Positions 48,448-58,539 of a stretch of DNA of 64,000 nucleotides are shown piece by piece; the first letter of the stretch is position 1; each line of letters starts with the position of its first letter. Source of the DNA: Thermoplasmata archaeon (GTDB lineage: Archaea > Thermoplasmatota > Thermoplasmata > UBA10834); contig JAEHCN010000001.1 in assembly GCA_020696395.1 (NCBI GenBank), positions 1,902-65,901 of the forward strand, read 5' to 3'. The translations under genes and the position numbers were made by a program. The notes beneath the pieces are model-generated. The model had not been told where the DNA came from. It worked only from the letters and a program-made list of their open reading frames with translations, and did no database searches.

Positions 48448-49041
48448 TTAAAACTTCCTCTCATTCAAGGCCTGGAGTATTTCCTCGACAATCTCTCTTG
48501 GAGGCCGTGTCGAGTCAACCTGGACGATGGTAGGGTCCCGTTCTGCGAGTCTCAGGTAGTTGCCCTGGACCTCCTTCAGGAAATCCTCACGTTCGAACCT
48601 GGACAGCTCGCCCCTGTCGCCTATCCTGCCAAGGGCCTCCTCCGGGTCAACGATCAAGAGAAATGTCACGTCTGGGTGAATCGATATCCTGATGTTCGCG
48701 TCGAGGAGCCAATCGAAGTTGTCGCCCTGTGACTTCCTCCTCAGGTAGGCCGTCTGATACGCGACTGTGGAATGGTAGTACCTGTCGCAGACCACGATCT
48801 TACCGCTCTCGAGGTGGTTTGCGATCTCCGGCGTGTGATTGGCTCGATCCGCCATGAAGAGGAGCGCATCCAGGTAGGGGCTCACCTCCTCGGAATCCCC
48901 CTTGCGGACCGCCCTTCCGATCCAGGAATCCGTCGGTTCCCTCGTCAGAACGGCGCGAGGGCCCAGCCTGTCCGCAACGGTCTTGGCGACGGTGCTCTTA
49001 CCACAGCCATCGATCCCTTCGATAACCACGAATCCCGACAT
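48448..49041 (-). CDS. tmk: Thymidylate kinase
   Basis: IEGIDGCGKST, TREP, LLF.ADR, DRY..S..AYQ. Confidence 0.95.
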   Translation of the reverse strand: MSGFVVIEGIDGCGKSTVAKTVADRLGPRAVLTREPTDSWIGRAVRKGDSEEVSPYLDALLFMADRANHTPEIANHLESGKIVVCDRYYHSTVAYQTAYLRRKSQGDNFDWLLDANIRISIHPDVTFLLIVDPEEALGRIGDRGELSRFEREDFLKEVQGNYLRLAERDPTIVQVDSTRPPREIVEEILQALNERKF

Positions 49042-49202
49042 TCTGCTCAGCTCCGATTGGTCCCGCTCGTAGTTAACAGTTTCCGGGGCAGCGGTGAGAG
49101 TTGAGCGCACGCCAGTGTGTCAACAGACCCATGGTCGCCCCTTCTGACAGGTTATAAGTAGACTAAATACGGTTACACTTCATCTCGGGTGATAGACTGG
49201 TA

Positions 49203-49439
49203 GTGGCCTATGTACTGATAACGACAGCGACGGGCAAGGAGCTCTCCGTCCTGGACTGCATAAGGCAGCTTCCCGAGCTGTCGGAGGCACATCAACTCTT
49301 CGGCCAGTACGATATCATCACCCGCATGGAGACGGACAGTTACGACAAGCTGTGCGATGTCGTGCTCCAGAAGGTCAGGACAGTTCAGGGCGTCACGGGG
49401 TCCAGAACACTCATCTGCGCCAGTTTCAGGCGGGATTGA
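49203..49439 (+). CDS. Stand-alone Lrp/AsnC ligand-binding (RAM) domain protein
   Basis: AYVLI....G.E, G.YDII, V.GV....T.I. Confidence 0.88.
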   Translation: MAYVLITTATGKELSVLDCIRQLPELSEAHQLFGQYDIITRMETDSYDKLCDVVLQKVRTVQGVTGSRTLICASFRRD

Positions 49440-49448
49440 GACAACCGC

Positions 49449-50915
49449 TCACCGCGAGCCCGCGCCGTCGTCAGCCATTTTCTTCTCGTACGCGTTCCAG
49501 CTCAATATCATGTCCCGGGCAGCCTTCGCCTCGTCTATCCTCCTGCGGGCCGTGTTGTACGGAGCCCCTTTCAGGATCTCCGGGTCCTCCGCCATTATCT
49601 CTCTGCAGGCTTCCACGAACGAGTCGAGAGTTTCCTTCGTCTCGGTCTCAGTAGGTTCTATCATCAAGGCCTCGTCGACGATAAGAGGGAAGTAGACCGT
49701 TGGAGCGTGGAAGCCGTAATCGAGGAGCCGTTTGGCGAAGTCCGTCGTCCTCAACCCCTTCTGTTTGAGCGGGTTCCCACTCAGGACGAACTCGTGCTTT
49801 GTGAGGTCGCCGTAGGGCATATCGAAGATGCCCTTGAGCTTCTCCTTGAGGTAGTTGGAGTTCAGAACCGCTCCCTCAGATGCTCTCTCGAGTCCGTCCC
49901 CTCCGAGCATCCGGATGTAGGCATGCCCCCTGACGAGGACACCGAAATTGCCGTAGAACGCCCGGACCTTGCCGATGCTCCTCGGTCTGTCATGGTCCAG
50001 ACTGTAAACGCCATCCCTCTCTACGATCCTAGGCACGGGAAGGTACTCTTCGAGTGACGCTTTGACGCCGACTGGTCCCGCCCCGGGCCCTCCCCCTCCG
50101 TGAGGGGTGGCGAAAGTCTTGTGGAGGTTGAAGTGGACTATGTCGAAATCCATAGCGCCGGGCGAGGTCTTGCCCATGATGGCGTTCAGGTTCGCTCCAT
50201 CGTAATACAGGAGCGCTCCTGACTCATGGATGATCCTCGCAATCTCCGTTACGTCTTTCTCGAACAACCCTAGCGTGTTAGGGTTCGTCAGCATGAACGC
50301 GGCCGTGTCTTCGGATATGGTCGCCTTCAGCGCCTCGATGTCGACGCAGCCGTCTCTCGACGGCAGGTCGAGCACGTCATATCCGACCATCGCGGCGCTT
50401 GCGGGGTTTGTCCCGTGGGCCGTATCTGGCAGGATGACCTCTCTCCTGTCCTCCCCCCTGGATTCATGATGGGCCCTCACGATATGCATACCCGTGAACT
50501 CACCGTGCGCGCCTGCGGCAGGTTGCAGGGTCACGGCATCGACACCGCCGATCTCGCAGAGCATCTGCTCGAGCTCGTGCATGAGGGCGAGCGCACCTTG
50601 AACCGTGCCCGCGTCTTGGAGCGGATGGAGCCCTGCGACCGTCTCCCACCACGCGATCTCATCACATACCTTGGGATTATACTTCATCGTGCACGAGCCG
50701 AGCGGGTATAGGCCGTTGTCCACGCCGAAATTCATCTGCGAAAGGTTGATGAAGTGTTTCACGACCTCCCTCTCAGGGAGGTCTGGAAGGTTCAGACGGG
50801 ATCGCACCAGTTCATCCGGTAGCAGGTCGCCGACGTTCAGGTCATCGCTCTGCTCCGCGCCGTCGCACTCTTCCATGAGCAGGGGGACGTCGTAGACCGC
50901 TTGGTGATATCTCAT
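49449..50915 (-). CDS. gcvPB: Glycine dehydrogenase (decarboxylating) subunit 2
   Basis: YPLGSCTMKYNP, QPAAGAHGE, AHGTNPASA, NLHKTF.TPHGGGGPG, IEPTETE; ATG overlaps gcvPA stop. Confidence 0.96.
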   Translation of the reverse strand: MRYHQAVYDVPLLMEECDGAEQSDDLNVGDLLPDELVRSRLNLPDLPEREVVKHFINLSQMNFGVDNGLYPLGSCTMKYNPKVCDEIAWWETVAGLHPLQDAGTVQGALALMHELEQMLCEIGGVDAVTLQPAAGAHGEFTGMHIVRAHHESRGEDRREVILPDTAHGTNPASAAMVGYDVLDLPSRDGCVDIEALKATISEDTAAFMLTNPNTLGLFEKDVTEIARIIHESGALLYYDGANLNAIMGKTSPGAMDFDIVHFNLHKTFATPHGGGGPGAGPVGVKASLEEYLPVPRIVERDGVYSLDHDRPRSIGKVRAFYGNFGVLVRGHAYIRMLGGDGLERASEGAVLNSNYLKEKLKGIFDMPYGDLTKHEFVLSGNPLKQKGLRTTDFAKRLLDYGFHAPTVYFPLIVDEALMIEPTETETKETLDSFVEACREIMAEDPEILKGAPYNTARRRIDEAKAARDMILSWNAYEKKMADDGAGSR

Positions 50916-52243
50916 CTCACTCCCTCCAGCGCGGCTAGGAGTCGGTCGTGATCCACCTGTGAGTGCATCTCCGTCGTTGCGTAGAGGGCGCAGCCCTTGA
51001 GCTCCGGAAACCATCTTTCGAGCGAGACGCCTCCGTGTATCCGTTTGTCCAGAAGGCTCTTCCTGACGTCCTCCGCTGGAACGCTGGACCTGACCGCAAA
51101 CTCGTTGAAGTGAGGTGCATCGAAGACGGGGGCGTCAAATCCGTCGACCGCGTCAATCCTCTTTGAGAGCGAGCGCATGTTCTCGAGGTTCCTGAGCGCG
51201 GTCCGCCTCAGGCCCGCCCTTCCGAGAACCGCGAGATGCGCCGCAACGGCAACCGCGAGCAGCGCCTCGTTCGTGCATATGTTTGAGGTGGCCTTGCTGC
51301 GCCTTATGTGCTGCTCGCGGGTCTGGAGTGTCATGCAGAAGGATCTTCTTCCCTCAGCGTCCTTTGTCATCCCTATCAGACGTCCGGGCATCTTCCTCAC
51401 GTGATCGGCCTTGCAGCCGAATATCCCTATCGACGGGCCGCCGTAGCTCATCGGCACGCCGAATACCTGGGCGTCGCCAACCACGATGTCGGCACCCGTC
51501 TCCCCAGGAGGTTTCACCAGCGCGAGGGCTAGTGGGTTGACGCCGACAACCATCGTCTTCTCACCAAGGACGTCCCGTATCTCCTTACAACCCGTTTCGA
51601 GAGGTCCGAGGAAGTTCGGCGTCTCGAAGTAGAATCCTGTGACATCGCTGCACATCTTCGATTCGAGGTCTAGGAGGTCCACTTGTCCCGTCTCGGATTC
51701 GTATGCTACCTCAACGATCTCGATGTCGGCCCCTCTGGCGTAGAGCTTGGCGACCTCCTTCCGCTCCGGACTGACCGACCGACTCATCAGAAACTTCTTT
51801 CCCCGTGCTATCCTGTGGCTCATCAGGACCGCTTCTCCGATGGCTGTGGATGCGTCGTACACGCTGGAGTTCATGTAATCCACGCCGGTGAGTTCCGCCA
51901 TGAACGACTGATACTCGAACTGCGCCTGGAGCATGCCCTGGCTGATCTCCGATTGATATGGCGTGTAGGATGTGATGAACTCCGACCTTGAGATGATGGT
52001 CTTCACCGCGGCCGGGATGAAGTGATGGTAGACCCCTGCTCCGAGGAAGCTGAGCCAGCGGGATGCCGGTTGATTAGTGGACAGATCCCTCTCCGTCTCG
52101 CGGATGAGATCGAGCTCACTCATCCCCGCCGGAAGCTTCAGTCCAGGGATTCGGACTTCCCGCGGTATGTCTTCGAAAAGGCTGTCGATCGAGCTGATTC
52201 CTAGCTCGGCGATCATCTGGGCAGAGCACTTGGACCGCTCCAT
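50912..52243 (-). CDS. gcvPA: Glycine dehydrogenase (decarboxylating) subunit 1
   Basis: FLGAG.Y.H, TSYTPYQ.EISQG.LQ, PGRLIG, LQTREQHIRR.KATSNICTN. Confidence 0.96.
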   Translation of the reverse strand: MERSKCSAQMIAELGISSIDSLFEDIPREVRIPGLKLPAGMSELDLIRETERDLSTNQPASRWLSFLGAGVYHHFIPAAVKTIISRSEFITSYTPYQSEISQGMLQAQFEYQSFMAELTGVDYMNSSVYDASTAIGEAVLMSHRIARGKKFLMSRSVSPERKEVAKLYARGADIEIVEVAYESETGQVDLLDLESKMCSDVTGFYFETPNFLGPLETGCKEIRDVLGEKTMVVGVNPLALALVKPPGETGADIVVGDAQVFGVPMSYGGPSIGIFGCKADHVRKMPGRLIGMTKDAEGRRSFCMTLQTREQHIRRSKATSNICTNEALLAVAVAAHLAVLGRAGLRRTALRNLENMRSLSKRIDAVDGFDAPVFDAPHFNEFAVRSSVPAEDVRKSLLDKRIHGGVSLERWFPELKGCALYATTEMHSQVDHDRLLAALEGVR

Positions 52244-52411
52244 GGTAGGCGTTCAATCGGAATCCACTGCTAAATCCTTTTTGCCTCCACAATTCGTAAG
52301 GCAAAAGCCTCACCAGTGTTGCGTAGTTGTCCAAAGGCATCTCGTCCGTCCCGCAAACCCCTTTCCCATTTCCGCCCTATGGCCTCTTCTCACAACGACA
52401 TGCTTTCGCGG

Positions 52412-52816
52412 TCAGGTACGCGTGGCCAACGCACGAAGCCGTTTGACGAACGCGGGCAGGCTCTCGATGTCTTTGATATCCTTCTTCGCCAAGATGACGA
52501 GCTGCATCCGTATGGAGTAGTTCACCTTGGTGCCGTTCGCCTCGAACGCCTCCTTCAGCCGTCTCGCGAGCTGCCCGCCCTTCCGGTCCCAGTCCGTCAG
52601 CATCACGACCGACGGCCAATCTCTCGATACGGTCTCGCAGAAAGTGAGCAGTGAGAGGCCCTTACTCAGGGTGATGATGTTGCTCTTCACCCCTAGGAGT
52701 TCCAGGGCCTCGATGTCCCGTTTCCCCTCGACGATCACGGGCATCTCCCGGCTCAACTCCTCCAGCTCGTCGATGACTTTGAGGGTCTCTTCCAGGCGTT
52801 CGGACGGCGAGAGCAT
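52412..52816 (-). CDS. Small TOPRIM-domain protein (RNase M5-like)
   Basis: VIVEGKRD..AL, LTDWD.KG. Confidence 0.88.
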   Translation of the reverse strand: MLSPSERLEETLKVIDELEELSREMPVIVEGKRDIEALELLGVKSNIITLSKGLSLLTFCETVSRDWPSVVMLTDWDRKGGQLARRLKEAFEANGTKVNYSIRMQLVILAKKDIKDIESLPAFVKRLRALATRT

Positions 52817-52817
52817 T

Positions 52818-53123
52818 CTACTTCAACCCCAGTTTCGACTTGACATCTTCGGTGCTGACCGGGACGAACACGGATTTCCTGTGGGTCTTCGACCCCTTGA
52901 CCACGACGACGGCGCTCGCCGGGACCGACAGCTTGCGTGATAGGAACTCGACGAGCTCCGCATTGGCTGCACCGTCTTTCGGTTCTGCAGCTACCCTGAC
53001 CTGAATCGCTCCTCTCCACCCGTCTATCCCGCCAATCTCGGTCGATCTAGCCCCGGGAGAGACGATGAAGTACACCAGGCATCCGCCTCGGGTCTCCTTG
53101 ACGAATTCAGTCGGACGTTTCAT
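52818..53123 (-). CDS. DUF167/YggU family protein
   Basis: V.PGA, AEPKDGAAN.EL, G...H.K. Confidence 0.88.
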   Translation of the reverse strand: MKRPTEFVKETRGGCLVYFIVSPGARSTEIGGIDGWRGAIQVRVAAEPKDGAANAELVEFLSRKLSVPASAVVVVKGSKTHRKSVFVPVSTEDVKSKLGLK

Positions 53124-53243
53124 GGCGAGGCCCGTCGAGCTATCATCGCGCTCTGTATAACCTTTTTCCCAAGCTCGTCAACGCACAAGCATCAAATAGG
53201 TTGTTGATGCATGCGCGAAGTGATGGCTGACAAGAGGGGGGAC

Positions 53244-53885
53244 ATGGGATACGAAGAGATCATGTCGCTTTTCAGACAGGAGTACCGGTCTCCTCAGCTG
53301 ACGAAGGTCGAGCCCTCCCTATACGACAAGATGAACCAATACCTCCGGAATCTTCGAAAGGAGAGCGAGCGGGAGATCACTGTCAACCCGAGCTCTCAGG
53401 CGAGTATGATGGTCAACGACCAGCTGAAGAAGGCGACCGAGAAGGTGAAGAGGGTGTACGAGCTTCGTCAGCGCAAGATAGCGCTCCTATCACTGAGACG
53501 AGTCGCCGGCGACAACCCTGAGACTGGCAACCTCACGCCCGACGAGTTGGTACTTTACTCCAGCCTGATATCCGTGTTAGGTGCTCATCAGGACAACAAC
53601 GCCGATTTCGAGAACACAGGGCCTAGGTTCTCCGATCCGAAAGACATCATAACCCTTCCAGATGCCCCTGAGAGCAAGGCCTCAGTCAAAGAGGAGGAGA
53701 CGTCTGAGCTAGAGGATGTGAAGGAGGACCTGGTTCTTGTCCGAGTGCTTGAGGATGTCCCGACCTTCGCCGGATTAGACAGGGACTACACTCTGAGGAA
53801 GGAGGACGTGGTCTCGTTGCCGAAGAATATCGCGGACACGCTGGCATCACACGGGAAGATAAAGAACATGAGCGCCTCGTCATAG
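53244..53885 (+). CDS. GINS subunit (Gins15/Gins51 type)
   Basis: Helical A-domain (R.RKI..L, NLTPDE), acidic linker, B-domain VRVLEDVP.F.G.D....L..EDVV.LP...A..L; start 53244 after GAGGGG (alternative 53223). Confidence 0.8.
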   Translation: MGYEEIMSLFRQEYRSPQLTKVEPSLYDKMNQYLRNLRKESEREITVNPSSQASMMVNDQLKKATEKVKRVYELRQRKIALLSLRRVAGDNPETGNLTPDELVLYSSLISVLGAHQDNNADFENTGPRFSDPKDIITLPDAPESKASVKEEETSELEDVKEDLVLVRVLEDVPTFAGLDRDYTLRKEDVVSLPKNIADTLASHGKIKNMSASS

Positions 53886-54653
53886 CGCGAACGGTCCGTT
53901 CTGGCAACCGTGCTCCGTCGGCGCAATCGAAGGTCGTGCCCCGCCCCCGCACAATACGCGCTTCTCGACAGCTTCCATCGCCAGGTCCACTGTGTTGTTG
54001 TCTTTGCTCAGATGAAGCAGTACTATCTGTTTGGTTCTCTCGCTGGTCATCTCAGAGCATAGCCTGCCGGCGTCTTCGTTCGATAGATGGCCGTGGTCCC
54101 CCGCGATGGCTGTCTTGAGGAAATACGGATAGCCCCCGTTCATGAGCATATCCTCGTCGTAATTGGCTTCTATCATGACCAGGTCGGAACCCCTCATCCC
54201 CTTCAGCACCTCTTCGGTCGGGGATCCAAGGTCGGAGGCAATCGATGCTCTTATTCCGTCGAGCGCGATCGAATATCCGACAGGCTCCGCCGCCAGGTGC
54301 CTCACCGGAAACGTGCGAATGCTGAGGTTGCCGACGCCAAACGTGCCGTGGCGTTCTATGGTTTTCGCATCGGTCCCTTCGAGAGGTGTGAGCGCCAATG
54401 TGCCCTCGGTGCCAAACACCGGGATGTCGTGGATGCTACAGAACCGCTTCGCACCTCTGTTGTGGTCTGTGTGTTCATGGGTGAGCAACACTGCATCGAT
54501 GTCTTGCGCCTCGGCGCCGAAGAGTGAGAGCCTCCGTTCCATCTCTTTGCACGATATCCCCGCATCGATCAGGACCGAGGTTTCGTTCGAACGGAATAGA
54601 ATCGAGTTGCCGCAGCTGCCGCTGCTCAGTACGGCTACAAACGGTCGGTGCAT
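53880..54653 (-). CDS. MBL-fold metallo-hydrolase (YycJ/WalJ-like)
   Basis: LSSGS.GN, IDAG, THEHTDH, EANYD, GHLSN, LHLSKDNN. Confidence 0.9.
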   Translation of the reverse strand: MHRPFVAVLSSGSCGNSILFRSNETSVLIDAGISCKEMERRLSLFGAEAQDIDAVLLTHEHTDHNRGAKRFCSIHDIPVFGTEGTLALTPLEGTDAKTIERHGTFGVGNLSIRTFPVRHLAAEPVGYSIALDGIRASIASDLGSPTEEVLKGMRGSDLVMIEANYDEDMLMNGGYPYFLKTAIAGDHGHLSNEDAGRLCSEMTSERTKQIVLLHLSKDNNTVDLAMEAVEKRVLCGGGARPSIAPTEHGCQNGPFAL

Positions 54654-54832
54654 CCGACTGCCACTATAACCCCGTTGCTGATAAAACCTTTCCGTTCCGA
54701 TCCCGCCTCTGAGACGGGCTGTCAAGGTTCTGGTGCGGGTTCGGACGACATCGGTGCGTCGGGCCAGATGGGCTCTGGAAAACGTCCAAGCTCGATAGAT
54801 TTATTAACGGCGACCATATACTGCGAATTCGC

Positions 54833-54939
54833 GGGCCTGTAGCTCAGCTAGGTAGAGCAACCGGCTCTTACTGCGATACCTATCGGCTCTCTCAGGAGAT
54901 ACCGGTGGGTCAGGGGTTCGAATCCCTTCAGGCCCGCCA
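54833..54939 (+). tRNA. tRNA-Lys(CTT) with 30-nt intron at 37/38 (54871-54900) and encoded CCA
   Basis: Acceptor GGGCCTG/CAGGCCC, D-arm GCTC/GAGC, anticodon stem ACCGG/CCGGT, T-loop TTCGAAT; BHB with CTCT pairing intron GGAG and 3-nt bulges TA|C and AT|A; TTTATTAA upstream. Confidence 0.95.
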
Positions 54940-55181
54940 TTCCTCTGCTTCCCTGCATACACAGGAGCGGCTGCGCGCGCCACCGGTGTCTTCTTCTGAA
55001 GGTCCGCTAACATACTTTGTCTTCATTGCTGAGCATGTGCGACCCATGGACGCCCATCACAGCTGACATAATGCAGGTCGAGTGATTCCTTGCGAGATTG
55101 CCATTCTCTCCTTCTCCAGAATGGAAATCGGCTGGAGTGGACTCAATGGTTTCAGTGTGCGAACTCCAGTGTGTGAGACGG

Positions 55182-55232
55182 AAGAAAACGTAAGGGGTTT
55201 AAACGGTCAGACCGTGGTATGTCTGAGCGGTT
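55182..55232 (-). terminator. Probable terminator downstream of second clostripain
   Basis: Minus strand: TCAGAC/GTCTGA hairpin then AAACCCCTTACGTTTTCTT. Confidence 0.4.
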
Positions 55233-55238
55233 CCAGTC

Positions 55239-56399
55239 TCAGGAGCAGTAATCCGTTAGGAAGGCCCACCACCCGGTATCGATACCGAACTGCGTGTCGG
55301 CATACATCGGACCGTAGTAGTTCCAGTCTCCCTTCTTGGCCCAATACAGCGTGAGCCCCCTGCCGTCTGATATGTCTGGACTTGTGTGAACAGCAACCAC
55401 GGAAGCGTCGACGGCCGTGACCATTGCAGCAGTCGCAGCTCTCAGCTCCACATTGGTGAATCGGTTGTCGGCCAACAGCGTGTCCCCGAGGTCCGCCATG
55501 TCCACGAAGTACTTGGTTCCCCACGCCACATAGCTGTTCCTCAGAGCGTCTCGGTACACCCTACTGTACGATGCAAGGTTGTCGTGCATCAGACCGCACC
55601 AGGTTTGGATCGTCGCGGCGGAGCCACCGAGGGCAGCGACATCCACTGCCGAAAGGCTCACCCCGGTATACGTGCTCTCATCGTAAAACTCCCCCCAACC
55701 ATCGACCATGTCGAGTGCCAGCTGTGCGGGCGTCCTCGAAGGGTCGATGGCGACTGGCATGAGCATGTAGTCATAGGGGTACCCAAATACCGGTATGCCC
55801 TCTTCGGAGCCCACGAGATAGTCGACCAGACCGGTCGACCAGGCTTCGTAGACGACCTCTGTGTTGGCCATGTTGCACGCGTCGAACGAGAGGACGTCTA
55901 TTTGCACGCCCGCGTCCTCGATTGCGGCCTTCATCTCCGGCATGCGTATCCTGTCCCAGGATGTCTGGTCAAAGCTGAATTCCACCCATCCATAGCCGTG
56001 GTTCCAGCCTGTGACCGACAGCTTCTCGGACGGGTACAGGGTCGATACCTCGGTTAAGAACCAACTGAATGTAGCTCCATCCCCGAAGTTCATCTCGGGA
56101 TAACTGTTCACTACCTGCCAGGAGCCCCCTGATATCTCCACCAGTTCTGTCCCGTCCGTCTTGAGCCTGTCAATCATGGCGACTATCTTGATGTCGGAGT
56201 TGGCGGGCAAGCCCAACAGCCCGGGCAAGCTAGCCTCCTCCCAATATCTCTCAAGGTCGTTGTCGCCATTCACGTACAGGGCAAATGTCCACGACGCCAC
56301 GGTCTCCGCTTCGGCCTTGCCAGTCATAAGGAGGCCAGATGTCGACATCATGAACCCCAGAGCAAGCACTAGGCACACACTTCTCAATCTAGAACGCAT
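55239..56399 (-). CDS. Clostripain-family (C11) cysteine peptidase, secreted
   Basis: Signal peptide ending AEA, WTFALYVNGDNDL, E.NFGDG, His motif WNHGYGW, Cys motif FDACNM, SEE. Confidence 0.88.
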   Translation of the reverse strand: MRSRLRSVCLVLALGFMMSTSGLLMTGKAEAETVASWTFALYVNGDNDLERYWEEASLPGLLGLPANSDIKIVAMIDRLKTDGTELVEISGGSWQVVNSYPEMNFGDGATFSWFLTEVSTLYPSEKLSVTGWNHGYGWVEFSFDQTSWDRIRMPEMKAAIEDAGVQIDVLSFDACNMANTEVVYEAWSTGLVDYLVGSEEGIPVFGYPYDYMLMPVAIDPSRTPAQLALDMVDGWGEFYDESTYTGVSLSAVDVAALGGSAATIQTWCGLMHDNLASYSRVYRDALRNSYVAWGTKYFVDMADLGDTLLADNRFTNVELRAATAAMVTAVDASVVAVHTSPDISDGRGLTLYWAKKGDWNYYGPMYADTQFGIDTGWWAFLTDYCS

Positions 56400-56582
56400 C
56401 TTCCACACCCCCACTGTGAGACGCTCAGTCTTTGGACAGCAGCGTCTGTGAGGGTGAATCGATTTATCGGTAATTATAGATGCGCCGGCGTGACTCCGCC
56501 GAGGAAAGGTTAATGCAGGGGACGCTCATCATCGACATGCCACAGCCGCTCGAGCGTGTGGCGGCAGGAGATGCTGAATTCG

Positions 56583-57353
56583 ATGGCCCCCAAGAAACTC
56601 TATCTCGCAGGCACTGCCGGATGCGGCAAGAGCACACTGACTGGAGCCTTCCAACAGTGGATGCGGAATGAGGGATATGATGCGATCACCGTCAACCTCG
56701 ACCCTGGCGCCGACACGATGCCTTACGAGCCCGATGTCGATATCAGAGACTGGATCCGTCTTTCCGAGGTGATGGCCGAGTACGGCCTGGGACCGAACGG
56801 CGCCCAGATATTGGCGGCTGACATGCTGGCCCTCAACATGAATGAGGTCGTCGACGTTATCGACGGCTTCGACACGGACTACGTTCTAATCGACACGCCA
56901 GGTCAGCTTGAGCTGTTCGCCTTCCGCCAGAGCAGTCGGGTGATCCTGGACGCTCTGGACAGGGAATCGTCCGTCGTCGCGTTCCTTTTCGACCCTGTCA
57001 TTGCGAAGAACCCCAACGGCTTCGTGACATCACTCCTCCTGTCTGCCACGGTTCAGTTCAGGCTCACCGTCTCCATGGTTACGATGCTTGCGAAATCCGA
57101 CCTCCTCACCGAGTCCGAGAGACAGATGGTCGAGCGTTGGGGCGCGGACAAATATTCTCTCTGGAGCGACCTGTGTGACGAAGCCCCCAAAGACACACAG
57201 ACTCAGATCAACCTTGAGTTTCTGCAGGCGCTGGAGACGATGGGCGTTATCGGAGGCGTGGGGTTCACGAGCTCCGAGACATCGGAGGGTATCGCGGACA
57301 TTTATTGGGTCGTCCAGCAGCTGATGGAAGGCGGAGAGGATATCCAGAGGTAG
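56583..57353 (+). CDS. GPN-loop GTPase
   Basis: GTAGCGKST, NLDPG, YGLGPNGA, DTPGQLE; start 56583 (alternative 56571). Confidence 0.93.
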   Translation: MAPKKLYLAGTAGCGKSTLTGAFQQWMRNEGYDAITVNLDPGADTMPYEPDVDIRDWIRLSEVMAEYGLGPNGAQILAADMLALNMNEVVDVIDGFDTDYVLIDTPGQLELFAFRQSSRVILDALDRESSVVAFLFDPVIAKNPNGFVTSLLLSATVQFRLTVSMVTMLAKSDLLTESERQMVERWGADKYSLWSDLCDEAPKDTQTQINLEFLQALETMGVIGGVGFTSSETSEGIADIYWVVQQLMEGGEDIQR

Positions 57354-57467
57354 GCCTGGAGCAGCTCGCAGACTCTCACTGTCCCCCCTCGTGCGATGAT
57401 GGTACATGCAAATGCCTTAAGAACGAGTAGACCGTCAGCTTGACGTTCTGTCGTGAGGCGTCTCTGA

Positions 57468-58535
57468 ATGCATGCTGTCGTGAAAAGGCACAAAGCTCCC
57501 GGGGCCGAGATCGAATCGGTCGACAAGCCCGAACTTGGCAAGGATGAGGTTCTCATCTCGATGAAGCACAGCTCGATATGCGGCACTGACGTTCATATTT
57601 GGCAATGGAACCACTGGGCTGAGAGACGGGTGAAGAATCTCCCGATAATAATCGGTCACGAGGTTTGCGGCGAGGTTGTCGAGAAGGGGGATGAGGTGAG
57701 CTTCCTCGAGATCGGCGACTTGGTCGCCGCTGAGACGCATGTCGTCGATCGGACATGCTATCAGTGCAGGACTGGACGGATGCACATCTGCAGGGACATG
57801 AGGATCCTCGGTATCGATACCGACGGTGTCTTCGCGGAGTACATCCGCATACCGGAGATGAACGCGAGGAAGCTCCCGGTCGGTTTGGACCCAAAGCTGG
57901 GTTCGCTGCTAGAGCCTCTCGGCAATGCCACTTTCACCGTGCTGCCAGACGAGTGCGCGGACGATGTCCGTGACAAGAACGTGTTCGTTGCGGGTTGCGG
58001 TCCGATAGGCCTTATGGCCGTGGCGATGTCGAAGGTGTTGGGCGCCCGGAAGGTGATTGCGTCGGAGCTCGCCTCCGACACAGTCAGGTTTGACCTCGCG
58101 AAACGCATGGGGGCCGATGTGGTCCTCGACGCAGCTACGGGGCACGATAGCATTGTTGCGGCCGTCCGGGACAACACCGATGGCAACGGTGCGGACGTAT
58201 CGCTCGAGATGTCCGGAGCGCCCGCTGCATTGCGTCAGGTATTCGATGCGCTGACGCCGGGCGGGCGCGTGTCCATCCTCGGATTGTATCCGGACCCCGT
58301 GAAACTGGATGTCAACAATGCCGTCACATTCAAATCCGCTAGGGTCTATGGCATCACGGGCAGGAAGATGTTTGAGACATGGGAGGAGATGTACAAGATC
58401 CTCCGGAGCGAGGAATTCAGGACGAAGCTCTCGTCTATTGTCTCCCACACCCTGCCGATCAGGGACATAGCCGAAGGTATGGAGCTCATACATTCGAAAC
58501 AATCTGCGAAGGTGTCCCTGGTTCCTGAATGGTGA
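57468..58535 (+). CDS. tdh: L-threonine 3-dehydrogenase
   Basis: SICGTDVHI, GHE, EPLGNA, GCGPIG, EMSG, GITGRKMFETW; paired with kbl. Confidence 0.92.
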   Translation: MHAVVKRHKAPGAEIESVDKPELGKDEVLISMKHSSICGTDVHIWQWNHWAERRVKNLPIIIGHEVCGEVVEKGDEVSFLEIGDLVAAETHVVDRTCYQCRTGRMHICRDMRILGIDTDGVFAEYIRIPEMNARKLPVGLDPKLGSLLEPLGNATFTVLPDECADDVRDKNVFVAGCGPIGLMAVAMSKVLGARKVIASELASDTVRFDLAKRMGADVVLDAATGHDSIVAAVRDNTDGNGADVSLEMSGAPAALRQVFDALTPGGRVSILGLYPDPVKLDVNNAVTFKSARVYGITGRKMFETWEEMYKILRSEEFRTKLSSIVSHTLPIRDIAEGMELIHSKQSAKVSLVPEW

Positions 58536-58539
58536 GGAA

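Noticed and set aside
54804..55013. 69-aa minus-strand ORF
   Set aside because: It is the antisense translation of tRNA-Lys
54940..56500. tRNA-anchored integrated element
   Set aside because: No duplicated tRNA 3' end and no integrase seen; the single downstream gene has host-like composition
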